A stretch of DNA of 64,000 nucleotides from IMG/VR virus record IMGVR_UViG_3300022930_000001, positions 32,001 through 96,000 of that record; one strand, 5' to 3'. The notes under the pieces were generated by a model. The model saw nothing but the letters and a program-made list of their open reading frames with translations, did no database searches and was not told the origin of the DNA. Below are positions 15,182-24,111 of this stretch, in pieces. The DNA is from a virus. The position numbers and the translations under genes are program-made. Position 1 is the stretch's first letter. Each line of letters opens with the position of its first letter.

Positions 15182-17833
15182 ATGAACGAACAAAAATTAA
15201 TAGAGTATTTCAATAATGATGATTTAGCGGTAAGTGTATGGAAAAGTAAATATCAATTAAAAAATAATGAAGGTATTCCTCAAGAAGAAACTCCTGATGA
15301 TATGCATCGAAGACTTGCAAAAGAATTTGCACGAGTAGAATTTGAAAATATTGCAAAAGATTCTGGTAGAACTAATGCATTATCAGAATTTGGTAAAAAT
15401 AAACAATGGCAATTGTCTCAATCTTCTTTAGCTCAAATTGAAGAAGAAGTTTTCAGTTATTTTAAGGATTTTAAATATATTATTCCTCAAGGAAGTATAA
15501 TGCAAATTCTTGGAAATACCTATAAAACAGGTTCACTTTCAAACTGTTTTGTTGTACCAAGTCCTTATGATTCATATGGTGGTATATGTAAGACAGATGA
15601 ACAAATGGCTCAATTAATGAAACGTAGAGGTGGTGTAGGCACTAATCTTAATACTTTGCGTCCTTCTAAAACTATAGTTAATAATGCTGCAGGAACTTCA
15701 ACTGGCGCTGCTTCGTTTATGGAACGATACAGTAATACTACTCGTGAAGTCGCACAGGATGGGCGTAGAGGTGCATTAATGCTACTTCTAGATGTAAGGC
15801 ATCCAGATATATTTAAATTTGTTACGGCTAAGAAAGACAGAACCAAAGTAACAGGCGCAAATATTAGTGTAATGCTTACAGATGCATTTATGAATGCTGC
15901 AAAAAATGATACCGATTTTTTATGTAAATTTCCAATAGATTTACAATTAAAAACTGAATGGATTCCTGAATCTATGTCCTATAATAAACTTATAGAAATC
16001 AATAATAATTCAGGAACTTGGATAATGAAGATTAAAGCTAAAGAGCTTTTTGATCTTATTATAGAAATGGCTTGGGAAAATGCAGAGCCTGGATTAGCAT
16101 TTATAGATCAAGTCAATAATTATTCTCCTGATGGAGTTTATCATATTATTAATAAATCAAATCCATGCGGTGAACAGTGGTTACCCGATTATGATAGTTG
16201 TAGACTTATTGCACTTAATTTATTTTCAGTAGTAGATAATCCGTTTACTAAGGAAGCTAAACTTAATTTAAATAAGCTTTATGAAATATCATATATGCAG
16301 CAACGTTTTGCAGATGATATAGTAGATCTTGAAATAGAATATGTCAAACGTATTATAGTAAAAATACAAAACGATCCAGAGCCTGAAGAAGTAAAGCGGA
16401 CTGAAATAGAATTATGGAATAATGTTTTGCATGTAGCTAAGACAGGACGTAGAACAGGATGTGGTATAACGGCCTTAGGAGACATGTTAGCGGCTTTAAA
16501 TCTTAAATATGATAGTGATGCTTCACTTGAAGTAATTGATACTGTATTTAAGACTAAAATACGTGCAGAATTAGATTGTACTATAGATCTTTCAATTTTA
16601 CGTGGATCATTTGAAGGATGGAATCCAGATAAAGAATTTGGAAGTAAAAGTAGTTATCAACATACTGGATGTTGGTATGCCCAAAATGATTTTTATCAAA
16701 ATCTTTTAGAGGAGTTTCCTGAACAAACTTATAAAATGATAGAATATGGTCGTAGAAATATATCATGGTCTACTGTAGCTCCTACAGGATCATTATCTAT
16801 TCTTGCTAAAGCTATCTCAAGCCCTAATCTAACATCTGGTATGGAACCAGTATTTGCTCCATATTATATGCGTAGGAAGAAAATTAATCCTAATGATAAT
16901 GATGTACGAGTAGATTTTACAGATCAGAATGGTGATAAATGGCAAGAATTTCCAGTATTAATGGGTGCGTTTAAAGATTGGCTTACAATTAGATATACTG
17001 AAGAATTTCCACCTTTTAATGGGCCATATCCAACTTTTGAAGAACATTTTACTAAAGAACGTGTAAAACATGAATTTGAAAATTCTCCTTGGTATGGTTC
17101 TACTGCTAATGATATAAATTGGGAAAAGCGTGTTCAAATACAAGCAATTATTCAAAAATATACAACAAACGCAATTAGTAGTACTATAAATCTTCCTAAA
17201 ACAGCTACTAAAGAAGAAGTAGCAACGATATATTGGAAAGCTTGGGAATTAGGGCTAAAAGGAATCACAATTTATGTCGATGAGTGTAGATCAGGTGTTC
17301 TTATTTCTAATGATGCAAAAAAAGAAGCAACATTTTCTCAGAAAGATGCTATTAAACGTCCTTTAGCTCTTGATTGTGATGTACATTCTGTAAAAGTTAA
17401 AGGAATAGAATATACTATTGCAGTATCTATTTTAGAAGAACATCCTTATGAAGTATTTGTAATGCCTAATATAACTACGACTTGTAAAAAAGGTTGTGTA
17501 GTACGTGTTAAGAAAGGTAATTATAATCTTGTAGATGAAGGTGGGCAACTTTGTATAGAAAATATAAGTGCAAGAGTTAACGAAGAAGAAGCTGCAATTG
17601 CAAGACTTATTTCAACATCGTTAAGACACGGCACAGCAGTAGAGCATCTTGTTAATCAACTTAACAAGACACATGGTTCACTTGTAAGCTATAGTAAAGC
17701 TATTTCAAGAGTTTTATCTAAATATGTAGAAGCTAAAGAAACAGGTGAAAAATGTCCTGATTGTGGTGGTAAACTACGTAAAGAAGAAGGATGTACTAAA
17801 TGTGCTGATAATTGCGGTTACAGCCGTTGCTAA
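15182..17833 (+). CDS. nrdJ: adenosylcobalamin-dependent (class II) ribonucleotide reductase
   Basis: SLSNCFV, RRGGVG, QDGRRGALM, TGANISV, SNPCGEQ (thiyl Cys), SCRL, TVAPTGS, AISSTINLP, KGITIY, C-terminal CPDC..EEGC..C...CGYSRC. No small-subunit gene nearby. Confidence 0.92.
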   Translation: MNEQKLIEYFNNDDLAVSVWKSKYQLKNNEGIPQEETPDDMHRRLAKEFARVEFENIAKDSGRTNALSEFGKNKQWQLSQSSLAQIEEEVFSYFKDFKYIIPQGSIMQILGNTYKTGSLSNCFVVPSPYDSYGGICKTDEQMAQLMKRRGGVGTNLNTLRPSKTIVNNAAGTSTGAASFMERYSNTTREVAQDGRRGALMLLLDVRHPDIFKFVTAKKDRTKVTGANISVMLTDAFMNAAKNDTDFLCKFPIDLQLKTEWIPESMSYNKLIEINNNSGTWIMKIKAKELFDLIIEMAWENAEPGLAFIDQVNNYSPDGVYHIINKSNPCGEQWLPDYDSCRLIALNLFSVVDNPFTKEAKLNLNKLYEISYMQQRFADDIVDLEIEYVKRIIVKIQNDPEPEEVKRTEIELWNNVLHVAKTGRRTGCGITALGDMLAALNLKYDSDASLEVIDTVFKTKIRAELDCTIDLSILRGSFEGWNPDKEFGSKSSYQHTGCWYAQNDFYQNLLEEFPEQTYKMIEYGRRNISWSTVAPTGSLSILAKAISSPNLTSGMEPVFAPYYMRRKKINPNDNDVRVDFTDQNGDKWQEFPVLMGAFKDWLTIRYTEEFPPFNGPYPTFEEHFTKERVKHEFENSPWYGSTANDINWEKRVQIQAIIQKYTTNAISSTINLPKTATKEEVATIYWKAWELGLKGITIYVDECRSGVLISNDAKKEATFSQKDAIKRPLALDCDVHSVKVKGIEYTIAVSILEEHPYEVFVMPNITTTCKKGCVVRVKKGNYNLVDEGGQLCIENISARVNEEEAAIARLISTSLRHGTAVEHLVNQLNKTHGSLVSYSKAISRVLSKYVEAKETGEKCPDCGGKLRKEEGCTKCADNCGYSRC

Positions 17834-17842
17834 ACAGTTAAT

Positions 17843-18064
17843 ATGAGTAAAGAAGAAAAAGAGCTGATAAAACAGGGTATTCAATGGCATGGATACCCTG
17901 TTAGACCAATTGGAGGACAACAAGCAGGAACACCAATAATGGGTGCTCATTTAACACATCCTGATTTTGATTTTGAAATAAAATGTCGAGAATTTAGATC
18001 TCAATTACAAAGTAAACAATTTTGTTTAGATGTTTTTGATCTATTTTTAGATGAAATAAGATAA
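17843..18064 (+). CDS. hypothetical protein
   Basis: 73-aa ORF (GGQQAG; RSQLQ). Confidence 0.6.
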   Translation: MSKEEKELIKQGIQWHGYPVRPIGGQQAGTPIMGAHLTHPDFDFEIKCREFRSQLQSKQFCLDVFDLFLDEIR

Positions 18065-18067
18065 AAT

Positions 18068-18499
18068 ATGAAATATAAAACCAAGCTTTACTTGGATGAC
18101 TACCGCTCACCGATAGACTGTGTAAAATACATGCATCAAAAAATTGGTAAATTAAATCCTATTTATCTTGAGCAAGATTGGGTTATTGTGAGAAATTATA
18201 TAGATTTTATTTGGTATATACAGAAAAATGGATTACCAGATTTAATATCTTTTGATCATGATTTAGCTGCAGGACATTATCATAGAAATATGCAAGAAGG
18301 GAATATTAATTATGATACTGATGATTTTCAAGATGATGATAATAAAACAGGTTATCATTGTGCTCAATGGTTAGTAGAATATTGTATGCAAAATAAATTA
18401 AAATTACCTGATTGGATCGTTCATTCGATGAACCCTTCTGGTACTAAAAATATAGAATCTTTACTAACTAGTTTTGATAAATTTCAAGAAAATGAATAA
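18068..18499 (+). CDS. cyclic-phosphate-processing receiver (REC-like) domain protein
   Basis: LYLDD.R.P, W..VRNY..F, ISFDHDL, KTGY.CA.WL, VHS.NP.G..NI. Confidence 0.8.
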   Translation: MKYKTKLYLDDYRSPIDCVKYMHQKIGKLNPIYLEQDWVIVRNYIDFIWYIQKNGLPDLISFDHDLAAGHYHRNMQEGNINYDTDDFQDDDNKTGYHCAQWLVEYCMQNKLKLPDWIVHSMNPSGTKNIESLLTSFDKFQENE

Positions 18500-18683
18500 G
18501 AATAATTTTTATAATTTGCGAGTTAATGATAAAGGAATAGTTGAAACTAGAGATCTAATAGACAATACTTGGAAAGAATGTTTAAATGAAGATCCAAATG
18601 ATAATCTTGAAGATACTAGGCAATTAAATAGTATATTACCAAATTTTAAACATCCATATTTAAAAGAAAATTATAGTTTATGA
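18492..18683 (+). CDS. hypothetical protein
   Basis: Track ORF 18474..18683. ATG 18492 (MNKNN) overlapping the upstream stop is the likelier start. Confidence 0.5.
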   Translation: MNKNNFYNLRVNDKGIVETRDLIDNTWKECLNEDPNDNLEDTRQLNSILPNFKHPYLKENYSL

Positions 18684-18871
18684 AAAATAATAAATATCAA
18701 AATGCATATTTTGAAGATGAAAATGATATTGAGCTAGTAATAGATTATGTTGGTGTTGAAAATGAAAACTTAGAACTTATAATAGATGAAGATATAGATC
18801 TTGATGAAGATGATAGTTTTCATTATTCAGTAGAACAATGTTTACATAATGAAATAATTCCTAATAATTAA
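18680..18871 (+). CDS. small, highly acidic protein
   Basis: 63 aa with about 19 D/E and only 2 K. ATGA overlap with the upstream gene. Confidence 0.6.
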   Translation: MKNNKYQNAYFEDENDIELVIDYVGVENENLELIIDEDIDLDEDDSFHYSVEQCLHNEIIPNN

Positions 18872-18880
18872 AATATATAT

Positions 18881-19378
18881 ATGGAAGTTAAAATAAAGAA
18901 ATTAGTACCTGAAGCCATTTTACCTTCATATAGTAAAGTAGGTGATGCGGGAATGGATCTAACAGCTATTAGCCGTTCATTAGTTGTAAAAGAAGGTGAG
19001 GCAGATTATATAGAATATAAAACAGGTCTTGCAGTTAAAATACCTGATGGTTATTTTGGACTTCTTGTTCCTCGCAGTAGTAATTCTAAAGTAGATATGA
19101 CGCTCTGTAATCATGCAGGAATAATTGATTCTGGATATATAGGTGAAATTTCTTTTCGTTATAAAATAGATGCAGTATACGATGAAATAAAATTAGTAAA
19201 TAATGCTGCACATATTTATAATGAAGACACAAATCCCTTTAAAGTATTTATTCATAATGTAGGTGATCGAATAGGCCAACTTATCATAATGCCTTATCCA
19301 CAAATAGAATTTAAAGAAGTAGAAGAATTAGAATCTACAGAACGTGGAGCTAATGGTTATGGATCTACAGGTAAATAA
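18881..19378 (+). CDS. dut: trimeric dUTPase
   Basis: AGMDL, PRSS, GIIDSGY.GEI, GDRIGQL, RGANGYGSTG (motifs I-V). Confidence 0.95.
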   Translation: MEVKIKKLVPEAILPSYSKVGDAGMDLTAISRSLVVKEGEADYIEYKTGLAVKIPDGYFGLLVPRSSNSKVDMTLCNHAGIIDSGYIGEISFRYKIDAVYDEIKLVNNAAHIYNEDTNPFKVFIHNVGDRIGQLIIMPYPQIEFKEVEELESTERGANGYGSTGK

Positions 19379-19388
19379 TATTAAATAG

Positions 19389-19577
19389 ATGGAAGATAAT
19401 AAAGACAGAATAGAAAGATTACAAAGATTAGTCTTTCATTATAAAAATTTATATTATAATGATCCTGAATCAGATGAAATGATTCCTGATGGAATGTTTG
19501 ATTCATTATATAATGATTTAAAAGAATTAGATCCTAATAATCCTGCTATTTTACAAGTTGGTGCTAAAATACAATAA
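19389..19577 (+). CDS. stand-alone NAD-dependent DNA ligase subdomain Ia-like protein
   Basis: RIE.L......LYYND.....IPD..FD.L..DLKELDP..P...VG, the LigA Ia pattern (YY...P.ISD.EYD.L). The ORF stops after 62 aa. Confidence 0.7.
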   Translation: MEDNKDRIERLQRLVFHYKNLYYNDPESDEMIPDGMFDSLYNDLKELDPNNPAILQVGAKIQ

Positions 19578-19609
19578 AAATGTTTTGTTTTGTTTGAGTA
19601 GTTGAATAT

Positions 19610-19645
19610 ATGAGTCTAACATTAATTTGTTAGACTCATTTTATT
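19610..19645 (+). terminator. intrinsic terminator hairpin
   Basis: atgagtctaac-attaattt-gttagactcat followed by tttatt. Confidence 0.75.
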
Positions 19646-19657
19646 AACTTATTTTTG
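19626..19657 (+). promoter_or_regulatory. Bacteroidota-type promoter for recA
   Basis: TTTG (19626-29), 20 nt, TATTTTTG (19650-57). Confidence 0.7.
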
Positions 19658-19681
19658 CAATAGAATAATTAAATAAATAGA

Positions 19682-20686
19682 ATGGATATAAACGAAAAGA
19701 AGAAAATAGCTTTAGAGACAAGGAATAAAATTAATAAAGATTTTGGTAAAGGAACGGTAATGAATATGTCTGATAGACCGGATAATGAAATAGAAGTTAT
19801 TTCTACAGGTTCAATTGGGCTTGATTTAGCTCTTGGTGTAGGTGGATTACCTAAAGGTAGAATTATTGAAATTTATGGCCCAGAAAGCTCAGGAAAGACT
19901 ACTTTAGCTATACACGCTATTGCTAAAGCACAAAAAGCAGGAGGTCTTGCCGCTATAATAGATGCTGAACATGCATTTGATGCTAATTATGCACAAGAAT
20001 TAGGAGTAAATCTTGAAGATTTAACAATAAATCAACCTAGTTGTGGTGATGAAGGACTAGAAATAGCTGATAGATTAATCTCTTCTGGAGCTTATGATAT
20101 AATTGTAATAGATTCTGTAGCAGCACTTGTTCCTAAGGCAGAATTGGATGGTGAAATGGGTGAAAGCAAGATGGGTTTACATGCGCGTTTAATGTCACAG
20201 GCATTACGTAAAATGACAGGTATGATTAATAAAACAAATACACTTGTTATATTTATTAATCAGTTACGTGAAAAAATTGGAGTAATGTATGGCTCACCAG
20301 AAGTAACTACAGGTGGAAATAGTCTTAAGTTTTATGCTTCAGTAAGATTAGATGTGCGTAGAAGTACTACAGTTGCAAATAGTGTTGTTCAAGATGATGT
20401 TATAATGGGTAATCTTACCAAAGTAAAAGTTATAAAAAATAAAGTTGCACCACCGTTTAAGACTTGTGAATTTGATATACTTTATGGTACAGGAATAGAT
20501 AATCTTGGAGAAATAATTACGTTTGCTTTAGAATTAGAAATAATTAAAAAAGCAGGTGGTTGGTTTAGCTATCAAAGCAACAATATTGCACATGGTAAAG
20601 ATACACTTCGTACTACATTACAAGATAATCCCGAACTTAAGAATGAAATAGAACAATTGATAAAAGATAAACTTAATTTGAAATGA
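19682..20686 (+). CDS. recA: recombinase RecA (bacterial type)
   Basis: GPESSGKTT (Walker A), [56 protein letters not shown]. Confidence 0.97.
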   Translation: MDINEKKKIALETRNKINKDFGKGTVMNMSDRPDNEIEVISTGSIGLDLALGVGGLPKGRIIEIYGPESSGKTTLAIHAIAKAQKAGGLAAIIDAEHAFDANYAQELGVNLEDLTINQPSCGDEGLEIADRLISSGAYDIIVIDSVAALVPKAELDGEMGESKMGLHARLMSQALRKMTGMINKTNTLVIFINQLREKIGVMYGSPEVTTGGNSLKFYASVRLDVRRSTTVANSVVQDDVIMGNLTKVKVIKNKVAPPFKTCEFDILYGTGIDNLGEIITFALELEIIKKAGGWFSYQSNNIAHGKDTLRTTLQDNPELKNEIEQLIKDKLNLK

Positions 20687-20949
20687 TAACTTTAAAAGAT
20701 TTAATTAAAGATAATAAAGTGTATTTTGATAGTTATCGTGCAGGATTTTTTTACTATAATTTAGATTTTGGATTTATACATATACAAGATACTGATGAAG
20801 TTAATGATAAAAAAATAACTTATCAATTTACAGTTCCTGCAGACGATATTGGAAACGCAACTCTTTTAGCTTCAGATAAAGCAATAACCTTTATGCGTTG
20901 GATAAAGAAAGCTGTTGATAATAACGAACTTATTAAAATAAATAAATGA
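20683..20949 (+). CDS. hypothetical phage protein
   Basis: 88 aa, YR.G..YY...F.VP..DIG.AT....DKA..FMRWI.K. Confidence 0.7.
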   Translation: MITLKDLIKDNKVYFDSYRAGFFYYNLDFGFIHIQDTDEVNDKKITYQFTVPADDIGNATLLASDKAITFMRWIKKAVDNNELIKINK

Positions 20950-21242
20950 TAGAAACTAAAAAATTAGTAGAATTATATCCTAATGCGGTAGAAGAATTTC
21001 GACAAATTACTGGATTTCCTATAGAAGCAATTGCATATTTAGGATTTGAAGTATATACAGATTATTTTGATAATAAAGGCTTATTTATAGGTATTACTTG
21101 TGATGCGGATGGTATTTTTTGGATACCTGAAGTATGTTCAATACCTCTACATGTTAGTCAATCACGAATAGAAGCTCAGGATATCGCAATAGAAGAATGC
21201 TTTAAAATGGTTGAAAATATGACAGATTTTGCTGTAAAATAA
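20946..21242 (+). CDS. hypothetical protein
   Basis: 98 aa, ATGA overlap. Confidence 0.65.
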   Translation: MIETKKLVELYPNAVEEFRQITGFPIEAIAYLGFEVYTDYFDNKGLFIGITCDADGIFWIPEVCSIPLHVSQSRIEAQDIAIEECFKMVENMTDFAVK

Positions 21243-21247
21243 TAAAT

Positions 21248-21613
21248 ATGAAAAAATTAAAAGTTTACTACGCTCATCCAATGGTGTTTTATGGATCTCA
21301 AATAGAATATGACGATATTAAAACATTAGAAATGATGGGTTTTGAAGTATTAAATCCTAATCATCCTAATAATGAAGAAGCATATCATAAGAGGAATAAA
21401 GATTTTAATCTATTTTTAGAACTTGTTAATTCTTGTGATATATTAGCTTTTAGAAGTATTATTAATAAAATTACTATCGGTGTAGCTAAAGAAATAAGAT
21501 TTGCAGAAACTCTTGGAATGCCTGTTATAGAACTTCCTACAATAACTGAAGATAGAATATTATCTAAAGAAGAAACAATTAAATATTTTAGACCATTAAA
21601 CATTGTAGATTAA
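21248..21613 (+). CDS. nucleoside 2-deoxyribosyltransferase-like protein
   Basis: KVYYAHPM, VLNP, V..CDILAF, GV..EI..A...G.PV. Confidence 0.7.
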   Translation: MKKLKVYYAHPMVFYGSQIEYDDIKTLEMMGFEVLNPNHPNNEEAYHKRNKDFNLFLELVNSCDILAFRSIINKITIGVAKEIRFAETLGMPVIELPTITEDRILSKEETIKYFRPLNIVD

Positions 21614-21967
21614 ATGATTGATGATAATAATGTTGAAAAACCTCAAAAGGCTTTAAGATATAATGAGAATAAATTAGATTATTCTTTACTTGAACCTTAT
21701 GCAATACAAGAATTAGTAAGAGTTTTTGATAAAGGTTCAAAGAAATATGCTCCTTATAACTGGTTAAATGGTGGAATGGAATATTCTAAAATGTTAGCTT
21801 CTCTTAAACGACATATTGCTGCCTTTGAACTTGGAGAAGATATTGATCAAGAAACAGGTTGTCATCATATGGCTCATGCAGCATGGAATGCCTTAGGGAT
21901 AGTAAGTTATTCTAAATATTTTCCAGAGAATGATGATCGAATAATACATAAATTAATAAAAAAATGA
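21614..21967 (+). CDS. dATP/dGTP diphosphohydrolase domain protein (DUF5664-like)
   Basis: RYN..KL.YSLL, G..KY...NW..G, SL.RH, GED.D.ETG..H.AHAAWN. Confidence 0.85.
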   Translation: MIDDNNVEKPQKALRYNENKLDYSLLEPYAIQELVRVFDKGSKKYAPYNWLNGGMEYSKMLASLKRHIAAFELGEDIDQETGCHHMAHAAWNALGIVSYSKYFPENDDRIIHKLIKK

Positions 21968-22125
21968 TAATGGCAATATTTCCTTGGATATTATTAGTAG
22001 CATTTTTATTTACATGTTTACTAATTCATATCTATACTAAAGGAGGACGAGAAGATCATCAACCTAAAACTGCTTCGGGTTGTTGTTTACATACAAAAAA
22101 AAGAAGCAGTATTAACAATTCATAA
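21964..22125 (+). CDS. small membrane protein (not in the ORF track)
   Basis: ATGA overlap, MIMAIFPWILLVAFLFTCLLIHIYTKGG...NNS* (53 aa), one hydrophobic helix. Confidence 0.5.
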   Translation: MIMAIFPWILLVAFLFTCLLIHIYTKGGREDHQPKTASGCCLHTKKRSSINNS

Positions 22126-22151
22126 TACAAAAATAGAAGAGGAAAACACAA

Positions 22152-22502
22152 ATGCGTAATCAATTTTGGTACACAGTAAGCGAAGAAGAAGGTAAGAAAA
22201 AGATGGGTTCATTTAATTTGGACTATGTAATTCGTTCCGTAGAATATGCTGAAAATAAGTCCGTAGTATTGCTTGATGATTTTCATGAAATGCGAAGGGA
22301 TATTACAATTCCTGCAGGTAAGAATGGTAAAATTCTAACAAAGACTATTGAAGAAGTAGTTTGTTCTGAAGTATGGCTTAATGAAGAAGATTCTGCACGT
22401 TTTAAACAGATAACAGCTATACCAGATGTATATGTAACTAGTGGATATATGCAAACGGTATCTCCTACAGAAACAGCAAAAGCAGTAACTACATTAGCAT
22501 AA
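22152..22502 (+). CDS. hypothetical protein
   Basis: 116 aa, SFNLDYVIRS...VLLDDFHE, followed by a terminator. Confidence 0.7.
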   Translation: MRNQFWYTVSEEEGKKKMGSFNLDYVIRSVEYAENKSVVLLDDFHEMRRDITIPAGKNGKILTKTIEEVVCSEVWLNEEDSARFKQITAIPDVYVTSGYMQTVSPTETAKAVTTLA

Positions 22503-22518
22503 TTTAAATTTTAAAATT

Positions 22519-22551
22519 AAATAGAGCAGACTATTAAATCTGCTCTATTTT
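22519..22551 (+). terminator. intrinsic terminator
   Basis: aaatagagcaga-ctattaaa-tctgctctattt-t. Confidence 0.75.
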
Positions 22552-22561
22552 CATATATAAT

Positions 22562-23230
22562 ATGAACGTAGAATTTATATCAAAAACACAAAGTTTAGTT
22601 CCAGATGTTACAACTGCTGATTTTACAGCATATGTAGCTCGTATAGGTAAAGTAAAAGATAATCCTGACAAACTAATCAAATATCTTATTAAACATCAAC
22701 ATTGGAGTCCTTTTCAACATACTTATTTTGGTTTTAAAATTAGAACAAGTCGTGCAATAGGAAGAGAAATTCTAAGGCACTGGAGTATGGATCATCAAGA
22801 GCTTTCTCAACGTTATGAAGAAATACTTGAATTTGAACCAATTGAATTGCGTAAACAAGCTGAAAATAATAGACAATCTTCTGAAGAAGAAATTGATCCA
22901 GATCTAATCTGGACACAGTTAGAACCATATCAAGATGGATACACTTCTATAGAAGTGGATAGGAAGAAGTCTAGTGAACATATAAAGGATATATTGCTTC
23001 TTATTAAAGAAGCCTATCAAATGCTCTTAGAAGTAGGAGTAGCTAGAGAATGCGCGAGATTTATACTTCCTGAGTGTACTTCAACAACAATGATATTAAC
23101 AGGTAATATTCGTTCTTGGATTAATTTCTTGAATTTGCGTACAGATGCAACTTCTCAAAAAGAAATACAAATAATCGCAAATGAAATTAAAAAAATACTT
23201 GCTCAAGAAGTTCCATTAATATTTGCATAA
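22562..23230 (+). CDS. thyX: FAD-dependent thymidylate synthase
   Basis: HWSPFQH, SRAI.REILRH.......SQRY (ThyX motif), GVARECARFILP, GNIRSW..F..LR, Q.EI. Confidence 0.93.
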   Translation: MNVEFISKTQSLVPDVTTADFTAYVARIGKVKDNPDKLIKYLIKHQHWSPFQHTYFGFKIRTSRAIGREILRHWSMDHQELSQRYEEILEFEPIELRKQAENNRQSSEEEIDPDLIWTQLEPYQDGYTSIEVDRKKSSEHIKDILLLIKEAYQMLLEVGVARECARFILPECTSTTMILTGNIRSWINFLNLRTDATSQKEIQIIANEIKKILAQEVPLIFA

Positions 23231-23257
23231 ATTAGTTTTGTTTTGTTTTAAATAAGA

Positions 23258-23290
23258 AAAGCCCAAGAGTTAATTCTCTTGGGCTTTATT
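23258..23290. terminator. bidirectional terminator where the replication and virion arms converge
   Basis: aaagcccaagag-ttaatt-ctcttgggcttt. Confidence 0.85.
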
Positions 23291-23309
23291 AATTATAATA
23301 AACTTTAAA

Positions 23310-23585
23310 TTATATTTGTGGTTGTGGTATATTTTCAGGATCTGCTTCTACTATTTTACCTGTTTCAACATTACGAGCTATAATATCCTGTACTATTCGT
23401 TTTGCTGCAGCTACCTTAAGTATTGAAGGTACATCTAAATTTGATGTTACAAAGTTAGTAAGATAATCATTAAGTGCCTGAAGCTCTATACCTGTAAACT
23501 GAAATTCATCAGAAACTTTCCACTGGTATACCGCAGAGGGATTATAAATTAGTTTCTTTATTTCTTGTTCTTGCTGTTCTGTCAT
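23310..23585 (-). CDS. hypothetical protein, paralog of 14771..15073
   Basis: YQW...DEFQFTGIELQAL...IIARNVETGKI. Confidence 0.7.
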   Translation of the reverse strand: MTEQQEQEIKKLIYNPSAVYQWKVSDEFQFTGIELQALNDYLTNFVTSNLDVPSILKVAAAKRIVQDIIARNVETGKIVEADPENIPQPQI

Positions 23586-23599
23586 ATTAATTTGTGGTT

Positions 23600-23890
23600 T
23601 TAATTTAATGGTTTATCAAATTCTCCTAATAATATATTTTTATTATTATTAATTAATCTTTCTTTTTGTTCAGTACTTGTTAAATGATCAATATCTTCTT
23701 TAATCATATCTAAAGAAAATTCTTTATTTAATGTATGTTGTATTCCAGAGCCTAATTTTATATCAGGAAAACGATATTCATACCACATAATATGGGGTAA
23801 TTTATCTTTACCCTGTATAAAACCAAAAGAAAATCCTTCATTATTTGATTTTGTTTCTTCTAAAAATTTTAGAATTTCTGTACTTATCAT
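23600..23890 (-). CDS. hypothetical protein
   Basis: 96-aa ORF in the minus-strand run. Confidence 0.6.
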   Translation of the reverse strand: MISTEILKFLEETKSNNEGFSFGFIQGKDKLPHIMWYEYRFPDIKLGSGIQHTLNKEFSLDMIKEDIDHLTSTEQKERLINNNKNILLGEFDKPLN

Positions 23891-24057
23891 TAATTTATAA
23901 TTGAACTATCGATATTATAATATATTTTTCCTTCAAATTTATCTAAAATATCATAATAAACTTTTCCTATTGTAAATCTTATTGCAATTATTTCTGCATC
24001 AACGTATTCTTCATTAGATATTGTATCTCCAATTTGATATTTACTTGGTAATTTCAT
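23890..24057 (-). CDS. small hypothetical protein (not in the ORF track)
   Basis: MKLPSKYQIGDTISNEEYVDAEIIAIRFTIGKVYYDILDKFEGKIYYNIDSSIIN* (55 aa). TAATG coupling to the next gene, promoter upstream. Confidence 0.65.
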   Translation of the reverse strand: MKLPSKYQIGDTISNEEYVDAEIIAIRFTIGKVYYDILDKFEGKIYYNIDSSIIN

Positions 24058-24073
24058 TAGTTATTATTTTCAA

Positions 24074-24105
24074 CAAAACTACAACTAATTTTTTAATTAA
24101 ACGAA
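24074..24105 (-). promoter_or_regulatory. Bacteroidota-type promoter
   Basis: On the reverse strand: TTCG (24105-02), 20 nt, TAGTTTTG (24081-74). Confidence 0.55.
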
Positions 24106-24111
24106 TTTATT

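Noticed and set aside
15182-23230. Inteins or introns in nrdJ, recA or thyX
   Set aside because: Lengths are normal, catalytic motifs are contiguous, and no intein C..HN/LAGLIDADG signatures were seen.
19682-23230. Bacterial chromosome or prophage-host junction suggested by recA and thyX
   Set aside because: These genes are interleaved with small phage-type ORFs at the same density and composition. No integrase or att site was seen.
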